Shown: positions 1 to 10,300 of the stretch, one piece after another | How the letters are laid out: each line of letters begins with the position of its first letter | Position numbering within the stretch: position 1 is the stretch's first letter | Source of the DNA: Dendrobates tinctorius | Taxonomy: Eukaryota | NCBI RefSeq assembly: GCF_039654945.1 | Contig: NW_027361677.1 | Location: forward strand, 18,042,001-18,106,000 | Reading direction: 5' to 3' | DNA: 64,000 nt | Made by a program: the position numbers and the translations under genes | The notes under the pieces: model-generated | Seen by the model: the letters and a program-made list of their open reading frames with translations, nothing else | What the model was told of the DNA's origin: nothing | Databases searched by the model: none

Positions 1-2
1 AT

Positions 3-212
3 CTTAGACAAGAGGGTCCCAGCTCCTCGGAGATGCCACAAACTGATAGAGAACATTTCCAGGTCTCCTCGCCTTTATCTACTCTTAACTTACACGTTGT
101 CGCTCCGGTCCTGACTACGGCCAAGAGAAGTCTTCACCTCCCTATAATACCGATGGACATGTTAAAAGACGTCTCCCCAGCCGTTGGGGGGTCAGAGGAA
201 AATATGACTTAG
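3..212 (+). CDS. Candidate 3' end of a last coding exon entering the window (possibly BEAN1, by synteny)
   Basis: Frame 3 is open from the window edge to TAG at 210-212: LRQEGPSSSEMPQTDREHFQVSSPLSTLNLHVVAPVLTTAKRSLHLPIIPMDMLKDVSPAVGGSEENMT*. BEAN1 converges on TK2 in human. The PIIPMDMLKD stretch resembles my unverified recollection of non-mammalian BEAN1 C-termini. Confidence 0.35.
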   Translation, partial: LRQEGPSSSEMPQTDREHFQVSSPLSTLNLHVVAPVLTTAKRSLHLPIIPMDMLKDVSPAVGGSEENMT

Positions 213-430
213 CAATATCCTTAGTGGCGTTTTATCCTATTTTTTTCCTTGTCATGTGGCATCGATACGTTTGTGTGATTAATTGGAGAAGTGCAATTAG
301 TTTCTAACTAGCAATAAGAAAGCGCCATAGTTTTAATAAGGGCTACAAAGAACCACAACTGTCTCACATTGCACCTACTGTGTAGTCTTCTGATATAGAG
401 CCATGGTCATAAAGATACTGACATCTCATA

Positions 431-1992
431 CAGTCATGGCCAAAAGTGATGGCACCCTTTAAATTGTTCCAGAAAATGAAGCATTTCTCCCAGAAAATTA
501 TTGCCATCACACTTGTTTGGTTACGCACATGTTTATTTCTTATGTGTGTTTTGGAACAACACAAAAAATACAGAAACAAACAGGCAACTTGGACATCACT
601 TCACACAAAACCCCCAAAATGGGTTTGACAAAATCGTTGGCATCTTTCCAAAATTGTGCGTAAACAACTCTGTTTCAAGCATGTGATGCTCGCTCAAATT
701 CACCTATGGCAAGTAACAGGTGTCGGCAATTTGAAAATCGCACCTGAAACCAGGTAAAAAGCGGAGAAGTTGATTCAATCTTTGCATTGTGTGCCACACT
801 AAGCATGGAGAACAGAAAGAGGAGATGAGAACTGTCTGAGGACTTGCGAAACAAAATTGGTGAGAAATATCAACAATCTCAAGGTTACAAGTCCATCTCC
901 AGAGATCTTGATGTTCATTTGTCCACAGTGTGCAACATACTCAAGAAGTTTACAACCCATGATACTGTAGTTAATCTCCCTGGACGTAGATGAAAGAGAA
1001 AAATTGATGAAAAGTTGCAACGCAGAATAGTCTGGAGGATGGATAAGCAACCCAATCAAAGCCCAAAGAAATTCAAGCTGTCCTGCAGGCTCAGGGTGCA
1101 TAAGTGTCAGCGTGAACTGTCCGTCGACATTTGAATTCAATGAAATGCTATGGCAGAAGACCCAAGAGGACCCCACTGCTGACACAGAGACATAAAAAAG
1201 CTGAACTGCAGTTTGCCAAAATGTACATGAGTAAGCCAAAATTCTTCTGGGAAAGCGTCCTTTGGACAGATGAGACCAAGATGGAGCTTTTTAGTAAAGC
1301 ACATCATTCTACTGTTTACCGAAAACGGAATGAGGCCTACAAAGAACACAGTACCTACAGTCAAATATGGTGGAGGATGAAGGATGTTTTGGGTTTCTTT
1401 TGCTGCCTCTGGCACTGGGTAAATTATCTGTGTGCAAGGCATCATGAAATCTGAAGATTACCAAAGGATTTGGGGTTTACGTCCTAGGTCTTTTGTCTTA
1501 CAGCAGAACAATGACCCCAAACATACTGCAAGAAGCCCCCAGAAATGGATGGAAACAAAGCGCTGGAGAGATCTGAAGGGGTGAGGAATGAGTCCGGATC
1601 TAAATTCCATTGATCACCCGTGGAGAGATCTTAAAATTGCTGTTGGAAGAAGACACCTTCTCATATGAGAGACCTGGAGCAGTTTGCAAAAGAAGAGTCG
1701 TCCAAAAATCCAGCAGAGGGGGAAAAGAAGCTTGCTGATGTTTATAGGAAGCGATTGATTGTAGTTATTTATTCTAACTGGTGTTCAACCATATATTATG
1801 TGGAGGGTGCTAACAATTTTGTAACGCCCAATTTGGGGGTTTTGTGTGAAATTATGTCCAATTTGCCTTTTTTTTTCAGTTTTTTTGTGTTTTTCCAATA
1901 CACACAAAGGAAGTAAACCTGTGTATAACAAAACGTGTAAGTGCAGTAATTTTTTAGGAGAATTATTTCATTTTCTGGAACAATTTCAAGGG
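431..1992 (+). mobile_element. Degenerate Tc1/mariner (Sleeping Beauty/Frog Prince-like) DNA transposon
   Basis: Left end TA|CAGTCATGGCCAAAAG; the right end TTTTCTGGAACAATTT-AAGGG is complementary to the left subterminal sequence. Broken transposase from ATG 805 with GRRPKRTPLL, LWTDETKMELF and RDLEQFAKEE pieces, multiple stops and frameshifts. Confidence 0.9.
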
Positions 1993-2239
1993 CTGTAGAG
2001 ATAGATAGATAGATAGATATATATATATATGCACATATACACAGTTCTCTTATACACATATAGACATTTTTTGGCAAACAAAACAACGCAGAATATAAAA
2101 TAAAGGATTTATTAATAAATCATGATCTTCTTGGAGAGTTGTGCAATGATGGGGGTAGTGGTGGCAAATTGGGTTACACTCGGCCATCAGAGGTGCAAGT
2201 CCTCTGGTTATAAGAGTCTATGATGGGATTATTAACCCT

Positions 2240-2636
2240 TTAAAGGGAATCTGTGACCAGGTATTTGCCACCAAATCTGAGAGCGTCTTGATGTAGGATC
2301 AGAGACCCTGATTCCGGTGATGTGTCACTTACTAGGCGCTGTGATGCTATTTCAGTAAAATCATTGTTTTATCACTAGGAGATTATCACTACAGGACTAG
2401 GTGTCTGGTGCCTTCTAGTCCTACCACGCCCCCAGCTCTGATTGGAAGCAGTCAGTGTACACAGAAAGCAGCCAATCAGTGGTGTGGCCGGGGTTATACA
2501 CAGCTCTGCATTAGATCTGCAGAGAAAATAGTGATTGTATCAAAATGACAGCAAGCAGCCTACTAAGTGATATATCGTTGGAATCAGGGTCTCAGCTCCT
2601 ACATTATGCTACTCTCAGATTACATAGCAAAACCTT
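2240..2636. mobile_element. Non-autonomous TTAA/AGGG-ended (T2/Kolobok-type) MITE; same family as 47580-47936
   Basis: Start TTAAAGGGAATCTG; internally palindromic; clear similarity to 47580-47936 (GATGTGTCACTTACT, CTCTCAGATTACATAGC). Confidence 0.6.
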
Positions 2637-3850
2637 TTGTTTTTCGTTTTCCACATGATTTAGCTGTAGGATGGGATCATGCCAGTGTATTTCACAGCTA
2701 CAATGCAGACTGTAATGCCCGGTTCCTGAATTGAACTAACATCCTCCTCTGCTACCGGGCCGGTCTGCATACAGGTCATGAAATACAGTCCTGTAAACTC
2801 AGCTAAATTCATCATTTGTGACTTTTCGAAATGAGCGGCAGTTTTTTTGCACAAATGTTTTCCCAGTGACCCGAGTGTAATAAAAAGTCCGCCGAATTTT
2901 GTCTTGGTCGCAGTTGAAGACTAATTTGCGATATTTTAAAGAAACAAGACTTTTTGGTCTAAAAAAGTACAAAAAAAATAGGTCAAGGGCAAAACAAAAG
3001 TTTAATTTTGTGCTAAATTCATCATCCCCTATGCGCCGTTTTGAAGAATTTGACACACAAAAATGGAAACAAAGATCACACGACAAAAGAGAAAACCACC
3101 TGATGGATCGGCCCCATAAAGGGGTTGTCCAGTGCTCTTATATTGATGGTCTGTCCTTACGGCTCAATCTTACACGAACTGGCCGGCGGCTCTCCCCATC
3201 CTTGTGTGACAGCTGCATACAAATACATGAAGCTGTTGGGTGGGCAGAGCCGCCGGCCAGTCCGTGCACTGATTTCCGATCTCGCTCCGATTTATTCTGC
3301 CCATCTGAATGCATCCATTTGCATTTATCCCCTTACTGACCGCTGACGGGATAGTACGTCAGCGGTCAGTATCCCCTGCTTTGAGGTGGGCTCTGGCGGT
3401 GGGTGATAAAAAAGAACCTAGACATGTTTGGTGTCTATGAACTCGTAATGACCTGGAGAATCATAATGGCAGGTCAGTTTTAGCATTTAGTGAACCTAGC
3501 AAAAAAGCCAAACAAAAAACAACTGTGGGATTGCACTTTTTTGTAAATTTCAACGCACTTGGAGTTTTTTTCCCCATTTTCTAGTACACGAAATGGTAAA
3601 ACCAATGGTGTCGTTCAAAAGTACAACTCGTCCCGCAAAGAACAAGCCCTCACACGGCCATATTGACGGAAAAATAAAAAAAAGTTATGGCTCTGGGAAG
3701 GAGGGGAGCGAAAAATGAAAACGCAAAACCGAATAAAAGTGCAAATATGTTACAAAGTGTAATGTTAATTAAGAATGACTAATAATGCTGCCACCCGGAG
3801 GAGATGGACAGGCTCGGCTCTGCTACATCTGTACAGACTCCACAGCTGGC

Positions 3851-3999
3851 TTTCGCTTCCTGGCCTCCAGTGATCTGATTGACACCCAGCAGGCCCTATG
3901 TGGTCAGGCACAGTGCACACACCCAGCCAATGTTGTGGAGGGAGCTGGAGGCTGAGCCTGAGTAACTTCCTCAGAACTGAGCAGGAAGGAAAAAGCCCC
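3851..3999 (+). promoter_or_regulatory. Putative proximal promoter of the SPATA2-like gene with ETS-IRF, RUNX, AP-1/ETS and kB-like motifs
   Basis: TTTCGCTTCC at 3851-3860 (= GGAAGCGAAA, EICE consensus GGAAnnGAAA); TGTGGT 3899-3904; TGAGTAACTTCCT 3959-3971; GGAAAAAGCCCC 3988-3999. Motif matches only. Confidence 0.35.
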
Positions 4000-4004
4000 A
4001 GAGA

Positions 4005-4358
4005 ATGAAGAGCACTGCAGGCAGGCACAGGCTGTACCGGGAGTACATCGCCCACTATGAGGCCGGGAGCCATGAAGGCCATGTGGCACTGTGCAGGGCC
4101 GACGTTCACCTGGGCAGGGGCGACGTTCACCTGGGCAGGGGCGACGTTCACCAGGTCGGGGGCGACGTTCACCAGGGCGACTGCCCCGCAGCCCTGGGGG
4201 AAAACTACGCTCAGCTCATCAGACAGACCCTGCAGAGCACAAAGCTGGAGCAGAAGGTGGAGGCGCTGAAGCAGATGATGAAGGGGTTTGCAGTCCTGGA
4301 GCTGATCTGTGTCAACTTATTTCTGTTCCCATGGAGGAAAGAGATCAGGACACTGAAG
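4005..4358 (+). CDS. SPATA2-like gene, coding exon 1 (118 codons)
   Basis: ATG at 4005; ends ...ACACTGAAG|gtagga; encodes NLFLFPWRKEIRTLK. Confidence 0.85.
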
Positions 4359-7300
4359 GTAGGAAAAGCAGGGAAGGGGAGGCGAAACGAAGGGGAAGCG
4401 CTGGGGAGGCGAAACAAAGGGGAAGCGCAGGGGAGGCGAAACGAAGGGGAAGCTCTGGGGAGGCGAAACGAAGGGGAAGCGCTGGGGAGGCGAAGCGAAG
4501 GGGAAGCACAGGGGAGGCGAAACGAAGGGGAAGCGAAACGAAGGGGAAGCGCTGGGGAGGCAAAACAAAGGGGAAGCGCTGGGGAGGCAAAACAAAGGGG
4601 AAGTGCTGGGGAGGCGAAACGAAGGGGAAGCGCTGGGGAGGCGAAACGAAGGGGAAGCGCTGGGGAGGCGAAGCGAAGGGGAAGCGCTGGGGAAGCGAAA
4701 CGAAGGGGAAGCGCTGGGGAAGCGCTGGGCAAGCGAAACGAAGGGGAAGCGCTGGGGAAGCGCTAGGGAGGTGAAACAAAGGGGAAGCGCTGAGGAGGGG
4801 AAGCGCTAGGGAGGCGAAACAAAGGGGAAGCGCTAGGGAGGCGAAACGAAGGGGAAGCGCTGGGGAGGCGAATCGAAGGGGAAGAGCAGGGGAGGCGAAA
4901 CGAAGGGGAAGCGCTGGGGAGGCGAAACGAAGGGGAAGCACAAGGGAGGTGAAACGAAGGGGAAGCACAGGGGAAGGCGAATCGAAGGGGAAGAGCAGGG
5001 GAGGCGAAACAAAGCAGAAGTGCTGGGGAGGCAAAACGAAGTGGAGGCGAAATGAAGGGGAAGCACTGGGGAGGCGAAACAAAGGGGAAGCACAGGGGGA
5101 GGCGAATTGAAGGGGAAGAGCAGGGGAGGCGAAACAAAGCGGAAGTGCTAGGGAGGCGAAACGAAGGGGAAGCAGTGGGGAGGCGAAAAGAAGGTGAAGC
5201 ACAGGGGGGGGGAAATCGCTGGGGGAGGGAAAGCAAAGGGTCAGAGTAGGTGGAGGCAATGTGCATGGGAGGCAAAGCCCAGGGGAAAGGAAAGCAGGGA
5301 AATGGGAAGAACACGGGAGGAGAAGGGGGAGCACAGCACAGGGGAGTAGTGCAGGGGAGGCGAAGCGCATGGGAGGTGAAGAGCACATGAAGTAAAGTGC
5401 AGGGGCAGGGAAAGAGCAGTGGAGGCGATGTGCTGGGGAGGTGAAGGGCAGGGAAAATTGCACAGGGAGGGAAAGACCAGGGGAAGCAAAGAGCAGAGTA
5501 AAGGGGAAAGAGCAGAGGAGGTGATGTGCAGGGAAGGCGAAGCTCAGGGGGAGGGAAACAGTGGGGGAGGTGATGGGCAGAGGGTTCGTAAGCACAGGCA
5601 GAGGGTATGAGCAGGGGACGTGAAGCGCAGGTGAGACATACAATGGGGACTCGCCAGCTAAGGGCCCCTTTACATTTAGCGATGCACCAGCGATCCCGAC
5701 AACGATACGACCCGGTCAGGATCGCTGGTGCGTCGCTAAATGGTCGCTAGTGAGCTGCCACACAGGCAGATCTCACCAGCGATCAGCACCAGCGATAAGC
5801 CATCCGCCGGCGGTCGCTCTTACCTGTCACACGGCAGCGATGATGACGACTTCCGCCTGCGTCCATGCGTCGCTAGTCGGCGCCAGCGGGACGCCAACAA
5901 GAAAAAAATGGCCCAGGACGTTCCAGCACGATCAGCGATTTCCAGCGGGGGGGGGCGGTCGCAGGTACGTGTCACATGTAGCTACAAAGTCGGTGGCGCG
6001 CTAGCGATCTCGCTATGTGAGAAGGGGGCTTAAGCCTCAACTTTAAGAGCTAATTTGACCCATGAGAGCTCGACATTTTCAGCATGGAGGTGCGACCACC
6101 GGGACCTGCACCAATCAGCAAAACGGGGAACTTTTAGGGTATGCGGATTTTTCCGCAGAATCCACAGGTCAAAATGCCTGCGTTTTACCTGCGGATTTTG
6201 TGTGGATTTCACCTGCGTTTGTACGTCTGCGGAATCACTTTTTTCCAGCAGCCCCATAGAGAATGAATGGAATGGCTGCCGGGCGTCCAACCTGCCGCTC
6301 TGTTATGTAAAAATTCCATATTCTGCCAATCGTTGCAGGTCCCATCGGTCGACCCCTAACGGATCACTAAGATATCACTGACCCTGCAGAAAGGTAATAA
6401 CTTGTCTTTACAGGACAACCCCTTTGAAAGGGTATTCAAGCCCACAAAAAAAGATATGCAGGATTAGAAAAATCAACAGCACCCCAAAAGTCCACTGGTT
6501 GTGTTTGGTATTACAGCTGAGATCCATTGGTGGATCTTCTGTTCGCTACTGTATATAGAAGTGTTATCAATCATTGTACAGGAGGAGGAGGAGGTGAGCT
6601 GTGACATCACCTATTGTGAATGGTGGATCCTGTGTTATCTACTGTATATAGAGGTGTTATCAGTCATTGTATAGGAGGAGGGGGAGGGGAGCTGTGACAT
6701 CACCTATTGAGAATGGTGGATCCTGTTATCTACTGTATATAGAGGTGTTATCGGTCATTGTACAGGAGGAGGAGGTGAGCTGTGACATCACCTATTGTGG
6801 ATGGTGGATCCTGTTATCTACTGTATATAGAGGTGTTATCGGTCATTGTACAGGAGGAGGAGGTGAACTGTGACATCACCTATTGTGAGTGGTGGATCCT
6901 GTGTCATATACTGTATATAGAGGTGTTATCAGTCATTGTACAGGAGGAGGAGGTGAGCTGTGACATCACCTATTGTGAATGGTGGATCCTGTGTTATCTA
7001 CTGTATATAGAGGAGATATCAGTCATTGTACAGGAGGAGGTGAGCTGTGACATCACCTATTGTGAATGGAGGATTCTGTGTTATCTGCTGTATATAGAGG
7101 TGTTATCAGTCATTGTATAGGAGGAGGTGAGCTGTGACATCACCTATTGTGAATGGTGGATCCTGTTATCTACTGTATATAGAGGTGTTATCGGTCATTG
7201 TACAGGAGGAGGAGGTGAACTGTGACATCACCTATTGTGAATGGTGGATCCTGTGTAATCTACTGTATATAGAAGTGTTATCAGTCATTGTACACGAGGA

Positions 7301-10300
7301 GGAGGAGGTGAGCTGTGACATCGCCTATTGTGAATTCCTTCCGAATGGAAGAACAGTGTTTCAACATCATCTAAAAAAAAATCCCTGGAGTGAGAGATCT
7401 GTAATCAGCCGATTCACAACAGCACCGAGCTCAGAGTAACAAAATAGGATCTGTCAACAGCATCTTGTTAGGGGCTTCCAGACCTAGTACATGCCATTAT
7501 TTTAAATACTGGAGATATTTAAAGGACAAAACTTTTTTTTTTCATTTGAGGAGACCCTGATTATTAACCGCCCATTGTGTGGAGTTTTCTGTATTTAGCT
7601 CTAGGGATAGTGATCTTATCAGTTTAGGTTCTGTTATTTTGAGTTTACAAAACACCGATTACAGGAAGAGGCGATGACATCACCGGAGGAAGGAAAGCTG
7701 CAGATTTATCCTAGAAACTAAAGGCCACCTGTGTTACAATGCAAAATAAAAGATGTCAGTGTATTAACATATTTTAAAGGGCTGGTAACATTAAAAAAAA
7801 ATCCACTGCGTTATGATTTTTTTGCCTTTTTTATTGCCTTTCTCTTTCTCTGCTGTGGCTCATTTTCTCTGTAGCGACTCATATCTGCAGTGTTTTTTTT
7901 TCTCTGCAGCTGCTCTTTCTCTGCAGCGGCTCTTTCTCTGCTGCGGCTCTTTCTCTGCAGCTGCTCTCTTTCTCTGCAGCAGCTCTTTCCCTGCAGCAGC
8001 TCTCTTTCTCTGCAGCAGCTCTTTCCCTGCAGCAGCTCTCTTTCTCTGCTGAGGCTCTTTTTCTCTGCAGCGGCTCTTTTTCTCTGCAGCAGCTCTTTCC
8101 CTGCAGCAGCTCTCTTTCTCTGCTGAGGCTCTTTTTCTCTGCAGCGGCTCTTTTTCTGCTGCGGCTCTGTTTCTCTGCATCGGCTCTTTCTCTGCAGCTG
8201 CTCTCTTTCTCTGCAGTGGCTCTTTCCCTGCAGCAGCTCTCTTTCTCTGCTGAGGCTCTCTTTCTCTGCAGCTGCTCTCTTTCTCTGCAGTGGCTCTTTC
8301 CCTGCAGCAGCTCTCTTTCTCTGCAGCTGCTCTTTTTCTCTGCAGTGGCTTTTGTTCTGCAGCTCTCTTTCTCTGCAGCTGCTCTTTTTCTCTGCTGCGG
8401 CTTTTTTTCTGTAGTGGCTCTTTCTCTGCAGCTGCTCTCTTTCTCTGCAGTGGCTCTTTCCCTGCAGCAGCTCTCTTTCTCTGCTGAGGCTCTTTTTCTC
8501 TGCAGTGGCTCTTTCCCTGCAGCAGCTCTCTTTCTCTGCAGTGGCTCTTTCCCTGCAGCAGCTCTCTTTCTCTGCAGCTGCTCTTTTTCTCTGCAGTGGC
8601 TTTTGTTCTGCAGCTCTCTTTCTCTGCATCGGCTCTTTCTCTGCAACTGCTCTTTTTCTCTGCTGCGGCTTTTTTTCTGTAGCGGCTCTTTCTCTGCAGC
8701 AGCTCTGTCTCTGCTGAGGCTCTCTTTCTCTGCTGCGGCTCTTTTTCTCTGCAGCTGCTCTTTCTCTGCAGCTGCTCTCTTTCTCTGCATCGGCTCTTTC
8801 TCTGCATCGGCTCTCTTTCTCTACAGCGGCTCTTTTTCTCTGCTGCGGCTCTCTTTTTCTGCTGCGGCTCTTTCTCTGCAGCTGCGGCTTTTTCTCTGCA
8901 GTGGCTCTCTTTCTCTGCTGAGGCTCTCTTTCTCTGCATCAGCTCTTTCTCTGCAGCGGCTCTTTCTCTGCAGCTGCTCTTTTTCTCTGCAGTGGCTCTT
9001 TCCCTGCAGCTGCTCTCTTTCTCTGCAGCGGCTCTTTTTCTCTGCTGCAGCTCTTTCTCTGCTGCGGCTCTTTTTCTCTGCTGCGGCTCTCTTTTTCTGC
9101 TGCGGCTCTTTCTCTGCAGCTGCGGCTTTTTCTCTGCAGTGGCTCTCTTTCTCTGCTGAGGCTCTCTTTCTCTGCATCAGCTCTTTCTCTGCAGCGGCTC
9201 TTTCTCTGCAGCTGCTCTTTTTCTCTGCAGTGGCTCTTTCCCTGCAGCTGCTCTCTTTCTCTGCAGCGGCTCTTTTTCTCTGCTGCAGCTCTTTCTCTAC
9301 AGCGGCTCTTTTTCTCTGCTGCGGCTCTCTTTTTCTGCTGCGGCTCTTTCTCTGCAGCTGCGGCTTTTTCTCTGCAGTGGCTCTCTTTCTCTGCTGAGGC
9401 TCTCTTTCTCTGCTGAGGCTCTTTCTCTGCAGCGGCTCTTTCTCTGCAGCTGCTCTTTTTCTCTGCAGTGGCTCTTTCCCTGCAGCTGCTCTCTTTCTCT
9501 GCAGCGGCTCTTTTTCTCTGCTGCAGCTCTTTCTCTGCTGCGGCACTCTTTCTCTGCATCAGCTCTTTCTCTGCAGCGGCTCTTTCTCTGCAGCTGCTCT
9601 TTTTCTCTGCTGCAGCTCTTTCTCTGCTGCGGCACTCTTTCTCTGCATCAGCTCTTTCTCTGCAGCGGCTCTTTCTCTGCAGCTGCTCTTTTTCTCTGCT
9701 GCAGCTCTTTGCAGCTGCTCTCTTTCTCTGCATCAGCTCTTTCTCTGCAGCTGCTCTTTTTCTCTGCTGCAGGTCTTTTTCTCTGCTGCGGCTCTTTTTC
9801 TGCTGCAGCTCTCTTTCTCTGCTGCGGCTCTTTTTCGCTGCAGCTGCTCTTTCTCTGCAGCTGCTCTCTTTCTCTGCATCGGCTCTTTCTCTTCAGCTGC
9901 TCTTTTTCTCTGCAGTGGTTCTTTCTCACCCATCCAGATACATCCAGTTGGTTTTATTTTGTTTATTTTTGCTATAATATAATTTCATGTTTTTGTTTTT
10001 GCAGAAATTTACTGGGACTTTTGTCTATTTTATTCAACCTGTCATCCCAGAAGATGCCATCAGGCAAATCCTCCAACGAGTGGGTTACTCGATAGTGTCC
10101 AACACGGAATATACAATTGGAGGCAGGATAAATAGTGAGGAAGCCAAGCAGACGGCCTTCGACTTGTATCTATCGAGAATTCAGTGTGAAAATATGCTTT
10201 GGCGCCTCAATGAAGATAAATCCGTCTCCGTAAGTCTTTTGGTTCCTGGGCCTGGCCATGAAGCAAAACATGGGAGTGATCCTACTGGCCAAACTGGTAA

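Noticed and set aside
51-73. EHFQVSSP here resembles EHHFQVSSP at ~11091-11117 in the SPATA2-like tail
   Set aside because: The match is about 20 nt with a gap and does not extend on either side; treated as coincidence.
4091-5643. ORFs of 173-432 aa in several frames
   Set aside because: Artefacts of the 27-bp array; PUB-domain similarity stops at the 4358 donor and resumes at 10005.
7811-9977. Many overlapping 240-390-aa ORFs (QRKRAAAEKE / SLQLLSFSAAALFLC)
   Set aside because: Translations of the 18-21-bp minisatellite on both strands; intronic to the SPATA2-like gene.
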